Positions 39,057 through 49,035 of a DNA stretch of 64,000 nucleotides are shown here, piece after piece; the first letter of the stretch is position 1; the number at the start of each line of letters is the position of its first letter. The notes under the pieces are model-generated. The model saw nothing but the letters and a program-made list of their open reading frames with translations, was not told the DNA's origin and ran no database searches. The stretch comes from an uncultured bacterium (GTDB lineage: Bacteria; Hydrothermota; UBA3073; NMUJ01; CBEVQO01): NCBI GenBank assembly GCA_965552055.1, contig CBEVQO010000003.1:64001-128000 (forward strand). Direction: 5' to 3'. The position numbers and the translations under genes were made by a program.

Positions 39057-42000
39057 TTACCTTAATTTTATGGTCTTTTTTACAACTTTATTCCTGCCTG
39101 CTTTTACAAGATAGAAGTATATTCCTGGTGGGACATTTCTGCCTTTGTCATCTTTTCCCTGCCATGTTACAGAATAAAATCCCGGCTTTTTCTTTTCGTC
39201 AACCAATACTTTTATCGATCTTCCTGTTATATCGATTATTTCAATCTTCACTTTTACTTCTTTTGGTAATTGATATTTAATCTTTGTGAGGTTATTAAAT
39301 GGATTTGGATAGTTACTTACTTTGAATATCCTTGGTGGTACTTCCTGTAATCCCACGCATGATGCAAGTAATAACACTTTTACAATGGGTTCATCAGGGT
39401 CATTTGAATAAATCTTCATAGTATCTGAGAAATTGCCTGTATCCTGTGGATTAAACCTTATTGTAAACTCTGTGCTGTCACCGGGTAATATTGTCTCTGG
39501 TAAAGCTGGTGAAACTAACGCAAAAGGTGAGAATAGTTCAACGCTATCAATTATAAGGTCAGCATTGCCCACATTACTTACCCACATCTGCCAATTTATT
39601 GTATCGTTAGGAGAGCATGCTCCAAAATCGTGTATTGTATTCGAAAGGGCAATATCGGGTGCAAGTGCCTTTCCAGAAAGATATATTTTTGCAACGGGTT
39701 CATCTGGGTCATTTGAGTAAATTTCCATAGTGTCGGAGAAACTGCCTGTATCCTGGGGATTGAATCTTATTGTAAACCCTGTGCTATTACCCGGTGATAT
39801 AGTTTGAGGTAAAGAAGGTGAAATTAATTTAAAGGGTAAATTTATTTTGACGCTGTCAATTAATAAGCTTTCATTACCTGCATTCTTTACCCACATCTGC
39901 CAATCTATTGTGTCATAGGGTGAACATGTCCCAAAATCATGTAGAGTATCTGAAAGGACTATATCAGGTGCAACCGCTCTCCCAGAAAGATATACTTTTG
40001 CAACGGGTTCATCAGGGTCATTTGAGTAAATTTCCATAGTGTCGGAGAAACTGCCTGTATCCTGGGGATTGAATCTTATTGTAAACCCTGTGCTATTACC
40101 CGGTGATATAGTTTGAGGTAAAGAAGGTGAAATTAATTTAAAGGGTAAATTTATTTTGACGCTGTCAATTAATAAGCTTTCATTACCTGCATTCTTTACC
40201 CACATCTGCCAATCTATTGTGTCATAGGGTGAACATGTACCAAAATCATGCAAGGTATCCGAAAGGACAATATCGGGTTGCGGTGGTCCTCCTTTGTACT
40301 TAATAAAGAACTTCTTCGTGGCATCAATATTGCTTTGAAGTGTTATCTCGTCGCCTGCTGGACTAACCCGTATTATTTGATTTATGTCGTCAATCCTTAT
40401 TGTATCATTACCTGTGCTTTCAAATACATAAGCCATACCTTCATAAACTCCAGAATTTGTATCTGTTTCAACGAGCCCAACTGCTATACCCTGTGGATAT
40501 ACGCTCGATTTTATTATTACCACTGCGATTTCATGTATATGTGCATCCCTATCCTGCCCGTAAATCCTTATATAAAGTGTATCTTCTCCGCCAAGTGAGT
40601 CACTGACCTTTGAGAAATCTTTATCATAATTTTTTAAAGAGTCAATGCTAACAGGTTCGCCAGGCACACCCGGTATAAAATCATTAAACCAAGGAGTATG
40701 GTCATTTAAACCTGCTATTTTTGCAGAAATATCTGCATCTGTTGTATCCCACCAGAAGTTATTTTCAAGATTCATCGTCACACTGGAAAGATTTTTTATT
40801 TCTGTATCCGGCTGAAAAGTATTGTAGTATATGTGGCTATATGTAAGCTTAAATGTTACTCCAGAATCTGCATCAGCCGTAATATAAGCGAGCCCTGCAC
40901 TTCTTAGATAATCGCCATTATCTACAATGAATGAACTATCAATTATGACCTTTGAATTAAGTGTGTCGTATATTGCACCTCCATATTTGCTTTTGTTCAT
41001 ACCGAGAACACATTTTGTTAACTTCGCAGAAGAATTATATCTTATGTAAATTCCACTGCCATTTCTTCCAGCATAATTATCTATAATAACAGCGCCTAAT
41101 AATGTCGGTGATGAATGATAAATATGAATTCCACCACCATCATAATAGGCATGGTTATTTACGATGATGTTATTTTCTAATGTAGGTGAAGAAGCACCAG
41201 CGATGTAAATTCCGCCTCCAAAAGGTGTGCGGTTGTTTTTTATGGTGTTGCCTTTTAATGTTGCTGAAGATTGACCTGCAATAAAACATCCGCCTCCACG
41301 GTCAGAAGCAAGATTATTCGCGATGGTATTACCTATTAATGTGGCTGAAGACCTGGCAATATACACTCCACCACCCTGCTTGGCAGAATTGTCTGTGATG
41401 ATATTATGGGATAAAATTGGTGAAGAATAAAAATCAATGTAAATTCCGCCTCCGTAGTCAGTTGAGTCATTTTTGATGATATTATTTATAAGTGTCGGTG
41501 AAGAATAATTAAAAATGCTAATTCCACCACCATAATCTTCAGCATAATTGTTTTCGATTATATTTCCTGATAATACAGGGGAAGAGTGGTACAAAATTTC
41601 GATTCCTCCTCCCCTATAATCAGCATAATTACCTGTAATTATGCAGGAATCTATTCTGGGTGAGGCAGACTTGATAAATATTCCTCCACCCATAATATGA
41701 GGAGAAGGTCCCTTTGCTTTGCCATCTTTTATTGTGAAGCCCCTTATTAGTGCTGCGTGCGATGCGGTATCCCATCCGCTGCAATAAATGACATGCCATG
41801 CGGTGTCTGTGCCATCTTCCGATACTGCTGTTAGCGTGCATTTTTCTGCTCCGTTTTCACTCACGAGCACCACAGAATCACGCATTATCAAGCCCACAGT
41901 GTCATTTATAAATAGATGATAGGTTCCATTCTTTACCAGCACGGTATCAATCCCCGGGTCTGCCCATGCAGAATTAATCGCTTTCTGTAATGAGTCACCT

Positions 42001-42083
42001 TCTGCACCTGTGGTATCAACTACCCATATCTTTGCGAAAGCCGTCCCTGATAAAATGATGAATAATAAGGCAAAACGCCTCAT
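39057..42083 (-). CDS. Secreted right-handed beta-helix repeat protein with three Ig-like (ASH/choice-of-anchor D) repeats and FlgD/T9SS-like C-terminal domain
   Basis: Start 42083 (SD, signal peptide MRRFALLFIILSGTAFA); GGGI....SSP.L..N.I..N repeats; three DFG...SNDPDEP domains; YPNPFN tail. Confidence 0.85.
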   Translation of the reverse strand: MRRFALLFIILSGTAFAKIWVVDTTGAEGDSLQKAINSAWADPGIDTVLVKNGTYHLFINDTVGLIMRDSVVLVSENGAEKCTLTAVSEDGTDTAWHVIYCSGWDTASHAALIRGFTIKDGKAKGPSPHIMGGGIFIKSASPRIDSCIITGNYADYRGGGIEILYHSSPVLSGNIIENNYAEDYGGGISIFNYSSPTLINNIIKNDSTDYGGGIYIDFYSSPILSHNIITDNSAKQGGGVYIARSSATLIGNTIANNLASDRGGGCFIAGQSSATLKGNTIKNNRTPFGGGIYIAGASSPTLENNIIVNNHAYYDGGGIHIYHSSPTLLGAVIIDNYAGRNGSGIYIRYNSSAKLTKCVLGMNKSKYGGAIYDTLNSKVIIDSSFIVDNGDYLRSAGLAYITADADSGVTFKLTYSHIYYNTFQPDTEIKNLSSVTMNLENNFWWDTTDADISAKIAGLNDHTPWFNDFIPGVPGEPVSIDSLKNYDKDFSKVSDSLGGEDTLYIRIYGQDRDAHIHEIAVVIIKSSVYPQGIAVGLVETDTNSGVYEGMAYVFESTGNDTIRIDDINQIIRVSPAGDEITLQSNIDATKKFFIKYKGGPPQPDIVLSDTLHDFGTCSPYDTIDWQMWVKNAGNESLLIDSVKINLPFKLISPSLPQTISPGNSTGFTIRFNPQDTGSFSDTMEIYSNDPDEPVAKVYLSGRAVAPDIVLSDTLHDFGTCSPYDTIDWQMWVKNAGNESLLIDSVKINLPFKLISPSLPQTISPGNSTGFTIRFNPQDTGSFSDTMEIYSNDPDEPVAKIYLSGKALAPDIALSNTIHDFGACSPNDTINWQMWVSNVGNADLIIDSVELFSPFALVSPALPETILPGDSTEFTIRFNPQDTGNFSDTMKIYSNDPDEPIVKVLLLASCVGLQEVPPRIFKVSNYPNPFNNLTKIKYQLPKEVKVKIEIIDITGRSIKVLVDEKKKPGFYSVTWQGKDDKGRNVPPGIYFYLVKAGRNKVVKKTIKLR
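39351..40277 (-). repeat. 309-bp (103-aa) tandem triplication; two copies nearly identical
   Basis: Anchor gaaagg at 39643, 39952 and 40261. Confidence 0.92.
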
Positions 42084-42101
42084 ATTCCCTCCTTTTTGCA
42101 T

Positions 42102-42128
42102 ATTATAATCAACATTTTCCTCTGTCAA
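42102..42128 (-). promoter_or_regulatory. Putative promoter TTGACA-N15-TATAAT
   Basis: Perfect hexamers 15 bp apart; GGAGGG SD and ATG at 42083 follow. Confidence 0.7.
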
Positions 42129-42176
42129 TAAATTTATCACGAGGAGGTAAGAAGCCACATCAGTGTCAGGTTTGAC

Positions 42177-42291
42177 CTAAAATTTTTAATAATTTTATTA
42201 AAATTTTTGAATTTTTTGTTAAATTTTTTAACATTTATATTAAAATTTTTGATTTTTGTGTTAAAATTTTTGAAATTTGTATTAAATTTTT
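42177..42291. repeat. AT-rich 21-bp imperfect tandem repeat (~5.5 units)
   Basis: Units TTAAAATTTTTGA... start at 42177, 42198, 42219, 42240, 42261 and 42282. Confidence 0.8.
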
Positions 42292-42292
42292 A

Positions 42293-42616
42293 TTACGAGC
42301 GAAGCGAGTGCATTACATATGGGTTGTGAGCCAACACCCCGAGCGGTGAGAGCGGAACAGCATTTTGAGAGCAGAGAGGGAGATTTTTAAGGGTAGTGGC
42401 AATAAAAGCGGGAGCTGGTTTTAGGTGCGATACTACATCATTATGGGGAGAGGTTATAGAGTGCGGTAGTGCAGTTTTTGATGTGATTGGGGTTTTGGTT
42501 GCGAACTTGCTTTATTACGGGTAGGGCATTTTAAAGAGCGGAAGTGCGGTCAAGGCTGTGCCTTGTGGTAGCGAGGGGTGTGCACGAGGGCGGTGGGGAC
42601 AGGGAGGTGGGGCTAA
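42293..42616 (+). repeat. Full copy (B) of the ~325-bp dispersed G-rich non-coding element (MITE/REP-like or structured RNA)
   Basis: Aligns end to end, roughly 90% by eye, with the reverse complement of 61097-61419. Confidence 0.92.
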
Positions 42617-42629
42617 TAATTATTATCGG

Positions 42630-42656
42630 TTGACATAAAAAAAATTTTGTTAAAAT
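42630..42656 (+). promoter_or_regulatory. Putative hypF promoter TTGACA-N15-TAAAAT, leaderless
   Basis: Extended TGn before the -10 box; GTG start 5 nt downstream; no SD. Confidence 0.65.
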
Positions 42657-42661
42657 AAAGC

Positions 42662-44887
42662 GTGGGATTTAAAATTTTGATAAAAGGAGTGGTGCAGGGA
42701 GTGGGTTTCCGTCCCTTTCTCTACAGAACAGCAACAAAATTTAATCTCAAAGGAATAATAAGAAATACTGCAAGAGGAGTTGAGATGTTAACAGATTGCG
42801 ATGAAAATACTTTGCAAAAATTGATAAAAGAAATAAAAGAAAAAGCACCGCCTTTATCGAACATAAAAGAAATAATTTATGAAGAGTGGGAAGGAAATCT
42901 GCCAGATGACTTACAAATCGTTGAGAGTGAAAATGAAGAATCGAAAAAAGTTTTAATACCGCCGGATATTGCACCATGTGATGAGTGTTTGAGAGAACTT
43001 TTTACTCTTACGGATAGAAGATATAGATACCCTTTTATAAACTGCACAAACTGTGGACCTCGCTTTTCCATAATAAAAGATATTCCCTATGATAGGGAAA
43101 AAACCACCATGAGCATTTTTATTATGTGTGATGAATGCAGGAAAGAGTATGAAGACCCCCTTAACCGTCGCTTTCACGCAGAACCAAACGCCTGTCCCAA
43201 ATGCGGACCCCAAATAACGCTTTATGACCCAAAAGGAAATTTGATAGAAAAGGGAGATAAAGCAATTAAACTTACACAAAAATTTATAAAAGAAGGCAAA
43301 ATAGGGATAATAAAAGGCATAAGCGGTATGCATATAGTTTGCGATGCAAGAAAAAAGGAAGCAGTTAGAAGAATAAGAGCGATAAAATTAAGAAAGACAA
43401 AACCATTTGCAGTTATGTGCAAAGATTTGGAAGAAGTTAAAAAAATTGCAAAAATTTCAAAGGAAGAAGAAAATATTTTGTTATCTCCACAGCGTCCGAT
43501 TGTGCTACTGAAAAAATCTCCAGATTATGACCTTGCAGAAGAAGTTGCTCCAAAAAATAGATATGTGGGTGTTATTTTGCCATATTCGCCTTTGCATTAC
43601 CTATTGATGGAAGATTTAGAATGCATAGTTGATACAAGTGCAAATATAACAGATGAACCCATTATTTATAAAAATGAAGAGGCATTTTCGAAGTTTAAGA
43701 ATAAAGTAGATTTTTTCCTTCTTCACAATAGAGAAATATTTATGAGATCTGATGATAGTGTGTTGCAGGTAGTGTCTGGCGAACCTCGTTTTATTCGTCG
43801 TGCAAGAGGATATTGTCCTTTGCCTTTTGAATTTGATGAGAAATTTCCACAAATATTGGCTGTGGGAGCTGAACTGAAAAATACATTTTGCCTTTCAAAA
43901 GAAAATCTTATTTTTATGAGTCAACATATAGGAGATTTGGCTGATTTTGAAACACTTTCTTTTTTTGAAGATGTTTTAAATCATTTTAAAAAGATTTTTG
44001 ACATCGAACCTCGAATTTGTGTTTGTGATATGCATCCAGATTACTTATCAACAAGGTGGGCACAGCAAAATTTCAAAAAAGTTTTGAAAGTTCAGCATCA
44101 TTATGCTCATATTTTGAGCTGTATTTTGGAAAATAATTTAAAGGGAAAAGTGATAGGTGTTGCTTTTGATGGTACCGGGTATGGTGCAGATGGCGCAGTT
44201 TGGGGTGGTGAATTTTTAATATGCGATGCAAAGAATTTTGAGCGTGTTTTTCATTTTGAATATGTGCCGATGCCCGGAGGTGAGAAAGCAGTAAAAGAAC
44301 CCCGTCGCATGGCTTTGAGTTATCTTTATCTTTCAGGATGTAAAGATTACATTCATAAAATATGGGATAAAAAGGAAGCAGAAGTTTTAATAAAGATGAT
44401 TGATAAAAAGATAAACTGTCCTTTAACTTCAAGTTGCGGAAGATTATTTGATGCTGTATCTTCAATTTTGAGAATTTGTGATTTTAATTCTTATGAGGGG
44501 GAAGCGGCTATAAATCTTGAAATGATTGCAGAAGGTAATCATCAAGTTTATTCATTTGAAATAGGAGACAAAAAAATAAGTTTTAAAAAGATGATAAGAG
44601 AAATAGTCAGAGATTTGAAAAGAGGAGCGCCTGCGAGCGAAATTTCTATGAAATTTCACAATACTATTTGTGAAGTGGTTAAAAAAGTTTGTTTAATTTT
44701 AAGGGAGAGATATGGAATAAATAAAGTGTGTTTATCTGGAGGTGTTTTTCAGAATAGAATATTATTTGAAAAATTGCTGGAAGATTTAAGGGAATTAAAA
44801 TTTGATGTGTATAGCAATTTTAAAGTTCCTGTTAATGATGCTGGTATATCGCTGGGTCAAATCTTGACATCGTTAGGATATGATTAA
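42662..44887 (+). CDS. hypF: [NiFe]-hydrogenase maturation carbamoyltransferase
   Basis: GVVQGVGFRPF, zinc fingers (NCTNCGPR, RRFHA.PNACP.CGP), RRARGY, QHHYAH, FDGTGYG.DG..WGGE and NDAGISLGQ. Confidence 0.97.
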   Translation: MGFKILIKGVVQGVGFRPFLYRTATKFNLKGIIRNTARGVEMLTDCDENTLQKLIKEIKEKAPPLSNIKEIIYEEWEGNLPDDLQIVESENEESKKVLIPPDIAPCDECLRELFTLTDRRYRYPFINCTNCGPRFSIIKDIPYDREKTTMSIFIMCDECRKEYEDPLNRRFHAEPNACPKCGPQITLYDPKGNLIEKGDKAIKLTQKFIKEGKIGIIKGISGMHIVCDARKKEAVRRIRAIKLRKTKPFAVMCKDLEEVKKIAKISKEEENILLSPQRPIVLLKKSPDYDLAEEVAPKNRYVGVILPYSPLHYLLMEDLECIVDTSANITDEPIIYKNEEAFSKFKNKVDFFLLHNREIFMRSDDSVLQVVSGEPRFIRRARGYCPLPFEFDEKFPQILAVGAELKNTFCLSKENLIFMSQHIGDLADFETLSFFEDVLNHFKKIFDIEPRICVCDMHPDYLSTRWAQQNFKKVLKVQHHYAHILSCILENNLKGKVIGVAFDGTGYGADGAVWGGEFLICDAKNFERVFHFEYVPMPGGEKAVKEPRRMALSYLYLSGCKDYIHKIWDKKEAEVLIKMIDKKINCPLTSSCGRLFDAVSSILRICDFNSYEGEAAINLEMIAEGNHQVYSFEIGDKKISFKKMIREIVRDLKRGAPASEISMKFHNTICEVVKKVCLILRERYGINKVCLSGGVFQNRILFEKLLEDLRELKFDVYSNFKVPVNDAGISLGQILTSLGYD

Positions 44888-44890
44888 AAT
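44864..44890 (+). promoter_or_regulatory. Putative promoter TTGACA-N15-TAAAAT, leaderless
   Basis: Lies in the last hypF codons; ATG at 44896 is 5 nt downstream. Confidence 0.62.
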
Positions 44891-44895
44891 GATTG

Positions 44896-45900
44896 ATGAC
44901 TTTAAGGCAAAAAATAATAGTTGCAATAGGGTGCATTATAGGGCTCATAACGCTTGGCACAATTGGTTATATGAAAATCGAGGGCTGGAATTTTCTGGAT
45001 TCACTTTATATGGTTGTCATTACGCTTACTTCTGTCGGTTTTTCAGAGGTTAAACCTCTTTCCACTGCTGGTAGAATTTTTACAATTGCTTTAATATTGA
45101 CAGGGCTTGGCACTCTTATGTATGCTGTTTCCACAATTGTTGCTTTATTACTTGAAGGTGAATTCATTGAATTACTTTATGAAAGGAGGGTTAAAAGGAT
45201 GATAGAAAAATTACAGGGACATTATATTGTGTGTGGATACAGTGATGTTGCCAAGTATGTTGTTGAGGAGTTGCAGCGCGCAGGTGCTGACTTTGTGATA
45301 ATAGTTCGTGGCGAAGAAAGGTATGAACTGTTGAAGCAAAGGCGGTTGCTGGTGATAAGAGGTATTCCTTTTGAAGAAGAAGTTCTTATTTCTGCTGGTA
45401 TTACCCGTGCAAGAGGATTATTCAGTTTGATGCATACAGACCAGGATAACCTTATTGTTGTGATAACGGCAAGGAGTTTGAACCCCTCTCTGCGCATAGT
45501 TACCTGTGCTTTTAGTGATGAAAGTGTGTCAAAGTTAGAGAAAGCAGGAGCTGATTCTGTTATATCTGTTAATGCGTTGAGTGGAGCAAGGATTGCAGCA
45601 GAGATGATGAGACCCGCTGTAGTAAGTTTTCTCGATTCTTTGCTTATCGAGAAGGAAAAGCATTTGAGGATAGAAGAAGTTGAAATTATGGAGGGAAGCA
45701 GGCTTATAGGTCAAACATTGCGTGAAGCACGCATACCGCAGAAAACAGGCCTAATTGTGATAGCAATAAAAGATGCGGAAGGCAGATTTAAATACAATCC
45801 AGGACCGGATGTAAAACTAAACCTTGGCGACAAAATAATAGTAATAGGAGACATCGAAAGAGTAAGAAAGTTAAAAGAAATAGCCCATTCGGAAGTTTGA
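44896..45900 (+). CDS. Two-TM potassium channel family protein with TrkA-N/TrkA-C (RCK) domains
   Basis: DSLY..VITLTSVGFSEV pore region, HYIVCGY, and C-terminal GLIVIAI...NP....L..GD. Confidence 0.9.
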   Translation: MTLRQKIIVAIGCIIGLITLGTIGYMKIEGWNFLDSLYMVVITLTSVGFSEVKPLSTAGRIFTIALILTGLGTLMYAVSTIVALLLEGEFIELLYERRVKRMIEKLQGHYIVCGYSDVAKYVVEELQRAGADFVIIVRGEERYELLKQRRLLVIRGIPFEEEVLISAGITRARGLFSLMHTDQDNLIVVITARSLNPSLRIVTCAFSDESVSKLEKAGADSVISVNALSGARIAAEMMRPAVVSFLDSLLIEKEKHLRIEEVEIMEGSRLIGQTLREARIPQKTGLIVIAIKDAEGRFKYNPGPDVKLNLGDKIIVIGDIERVRKLKEIAHSEV

Positions 45901-45904
45901 TTTA

Positions 45905-48900
45905 TTATTGTAGAACTCTATTTAAGGCTGTTTCAATGTTATCAATCCAATAATTTTCATATGATATTTTGGGAATTTTATTTATATCTGGGGTATAATA
46001 AAATAAGAATATTTTGACTTTGTAATTGGCTTTTTCATAAGGAAATTCTTTATTTTCTAAAATTTCTTTGTATCCTTCTATCTTTCGATCAGGGTCTCTA
46101 TATTCGATTCCTTTAGGATCAATAAACATAATGTAATATTTATTTAAATCTCGAGGTTTTAACCAGAATATAAAATCAGGTTTAAATTTTGATATTCTAT
46201 TTTCTCTGGAGTTGTAATAAGGGATGTAAACTTCGTCAAGATGTTCATCAATTTTTGAAAACACCCACCATTCAAACTTCTTAAATTTGTTATTATCTTT
46301 ATTTAAATACTCCTCAAGATGCTCTAAGAATTTTACTTCGCTCTTTGTTTTTATTATATGAGTGATATATTTAATTTTTTCTTCTACTGTCATTACAAGA
46401 GGTAAATAATAATGATTTGCAATATGTTTTATTTTAATTTTTTTGTTTCGTACTTCAAAAATTTCTTCTTTCTTCAGTTGTTGAGCTTTCCTCATATACT
46501 CTTCAGGAGGTATTTTGCCGTATTGTAATTCCAGTTCTCTTAATAATTCTGGATATTTCTTTACATTTTCAATTTTTTTCGTTAGTTCATCAATCTTATT
46601 TATTTCATCTATATAAACTTTTATATTTTTAAAATGCCTGATTTCATCTTCGAGTTCTTTCAATTCGTTAAATTCTTCGGGCATAATGTTGAAATAATCA
46701 AATATTCTTTGAATGATTAAATCTACATTTTTAAAACTTTTATCAGGTTCAATTCTGTAATATTTATCCTTATCCACAACACTCTGTCTTAAAATTTTTA
46801 TCTTTTCAGGTTCAGTATTATAGCGTACAAGTAGAATCCTGTCGTCATTTATAAAATTTAAAAATTTCTCAAGCATTTCGAAATCCTCTTTCGAGATCTA
46901 GAATTTGGTAAGTTCTCTTTTTCTTATAAGGGGATAATTTACTTCCTTGTATTTCGGAATTAAAAGTTTTTTGTTCTTAGCATTATTAGTAATGGTAAAC
47001 AGATTGCCTATTATCTTTTCGCCTTCTCTTTTGGCTTGAATTTTTAATTCTTTTATAACTTCTTTTATTGCATTTCTGTTTGTTCCAAATATAAATAATG
47101 TCTCAACAGGTAAAACGAAATTTTTAATTTTTTCGTACAATTCCTCGTCTATTTCTTTGTTATTATAAAGAAATTTTATTCTTTTTCTTTTGTCTTTTAC
47201 GGGTTCAATTCTTACACCCCTTCCTACAGACTGCAAAATGAATTTTTTAGCATCGGTTCCTGTTCCTATATTTATAAACATTATCACATTTGGTCTATTG
47301 GAATCCCAGCCCTCGTAAAAGCTTCGAGAACCCATTAAAATGTTAATATCCGAATCATCCCGATTTAAAGTTTCAAAATATCCTTCGTCATCAAATCTTT
47401 CATTTATTTCATATCCTGAGAATTCTTCTTTAAGCCATTTTGATATATCACCTATTTTTATCAATGCAAAAGGTTTATCAGATGTTTTTAATTTAAAAGC
47501 CATTTCTTTTTTATCTGAGGGTCTTATCAAAATTTCTATCCCTCCGGGTGAGGTTGAATTAAAAACATATTTTAAAATGTCTTCAAATTTTATATTTACA
47601 AACATATCCTTATCGATTCTTAAATTTTCTTCTTCGAACATAAATTTTGGCTCTTTTTTTAATTCTTCCCAAAGTTCGTCTATTGCGGAATTTAAGATTC
47701 TTTCATCAACTTCTCCTTTTCCTATTCTTTCTATTTCCCTGAAAAATAATTTCAAATCTGCATCCTCTGTGTTTACAGAATTTACAAGAGTTATGAGCAG
47801 GGGTTTATGATAAAGTTTTGAATCACATTGTGATAATCTTTCATAAAATTTCTTTGCATAAGTTAAAAGTATTAAGGATTTTAGAACTATTTTCTGTTTT
47901 TCTTCGGTGTTATAATCCTCATATTCTTCTCCTTTATCTCTGAAAGCCCTTACTTCCTGTTCGAGAACAAGAATATGCTTTCCGTGTCCTTCCTTTACAT
48001 AAGATGAGAGGTTGAACTCAAATGCCGTGGTTATTACATCTCTCGGGTCTGTAAATGTAGCTGAGAAATTAAATAAAAACCCATTCCTCGAAAGTATTGA
48101 GTAAATATGTTGTCTTTTTGATTCTTCTTTATCTCCTTTATGTGCCTCATCGAGAAAGATATACCATTTCCCATCATTGTCATAATTTTTGAAATCAATT
48201 ATTTTCTCTTTTTGCTCATCACTTAAATTATCAGAGCGATAATAAAAGACTGTTATCTCTTTTTCTCTAAAAAGCGAGGGATTTTCCCTTTTAACCGAGT
48301 CATACTCTTTTAACTCTCTTAACTTTATAAGAATATCGTGACTATTTGCATAATTGAATTCATTTATATGTCTTTTCAATTGTTCTATTAAGTCATCTCT
48401 ATGAGTTAGCACAAGGATATCATTGGGTGGGATTTCTTCCCTTTTAATTAAATCCCTTAGAATCTGAATCAGTTTAACAATCACGAGTGTTTTACCCGAA
48501 CCCGTAGCCATCCAGAAGCACATTCTGTTTATAAAATTTTCATAAGAAATTCTGAATTTTCTTTTTCTGTTTCTTCCATAATAAAGCTCTTCCACAGGAT
48601 AATAATTTTCGAGTAATTTTAAAAGTTTAGAATCTTCATCAAATTCAAGGTCAATTTTTAAATCAAGTCCGTTGTTTTTATACCATTCGTAAAATTTTCT
48701 TTTCCGTTCATTATTTATTCTGGGATTTTCAAATTTTTGATAATCAACAAAATCTTCATAGTATTTCCATAAAACCTTGATAGCATTTCTCAAAGCATTT
48801 TCTTGATAATCCCATAAAGTTTTTGTCTTTGAAAAGGTTTTAAAATTAAAAGAAATCCACTCTGAAGGAAGATTATCAAACCTTAAATTTTTAATCATCT

Positions 48901-48940
48901 CTTGGAGATAGATTCGTATTTTATCTGTTTTTTGACTCAT
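45905..48940 (-). pseudogene. res: Type III restriction enzyme Res subunit interrupted by an in-frame TAG at 46898-46900
   Basis: MATGSGKT, LDEAHKG, FSATF, EGWD and QSVGRG.R lie upstream; KPDF..IDPKG nuclease lies downstream. Both ORFs share one frame: ELTKF*ISKEDFEMLEKF. Confidence 0.85.
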
Positions 48941-48987
48941 TTATCCGCCTTTCATCTAGTGCTAATTTTCTTAGATTTTCATGTTTG

Positions 48988-49035
48988 TGTCCGATAAATG
49001 TCCGAAATATGTCTGATATGTCCGATAAATGTCTG
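48988..49035. repeat. Five TGTC(C/T)G direct repeats at ~11-bp spacing
   Basis: Motifs at 48988, 48999, 49010, 49019 and 49030. Confidence 0.7.

Noticed and set aside
42084..42158. N-terminal extension of the beta-helix protein in the ORF track
   Set aside because: Promoter, SD and signal peptide all point to ATG at 42083.
42177..42291. CRISPR array
   Set aside because: Units are contiguous 21-mers without unique spacers, and no cas genes are present.
42293..42616. tRNA, rRNA, tmRNA, RNase P or SRP identity for the GC-rich element
   Set aside because: No recognisable conserved motifs; it is multicopy with indels and strong strand asymmetry. An Rfam search is still needed.
42662..44887. Hydrogenase gene cluster
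   Set aside because: Only hypF is present; a stand-alone hypF is common.
46898..46900. Genome-wide TAG recoding or pyrrolysine
   Set aside because: TAG terminates intact genes here (for example 5329-5331, 6929-6931, purL), and no pyl genes are seen.
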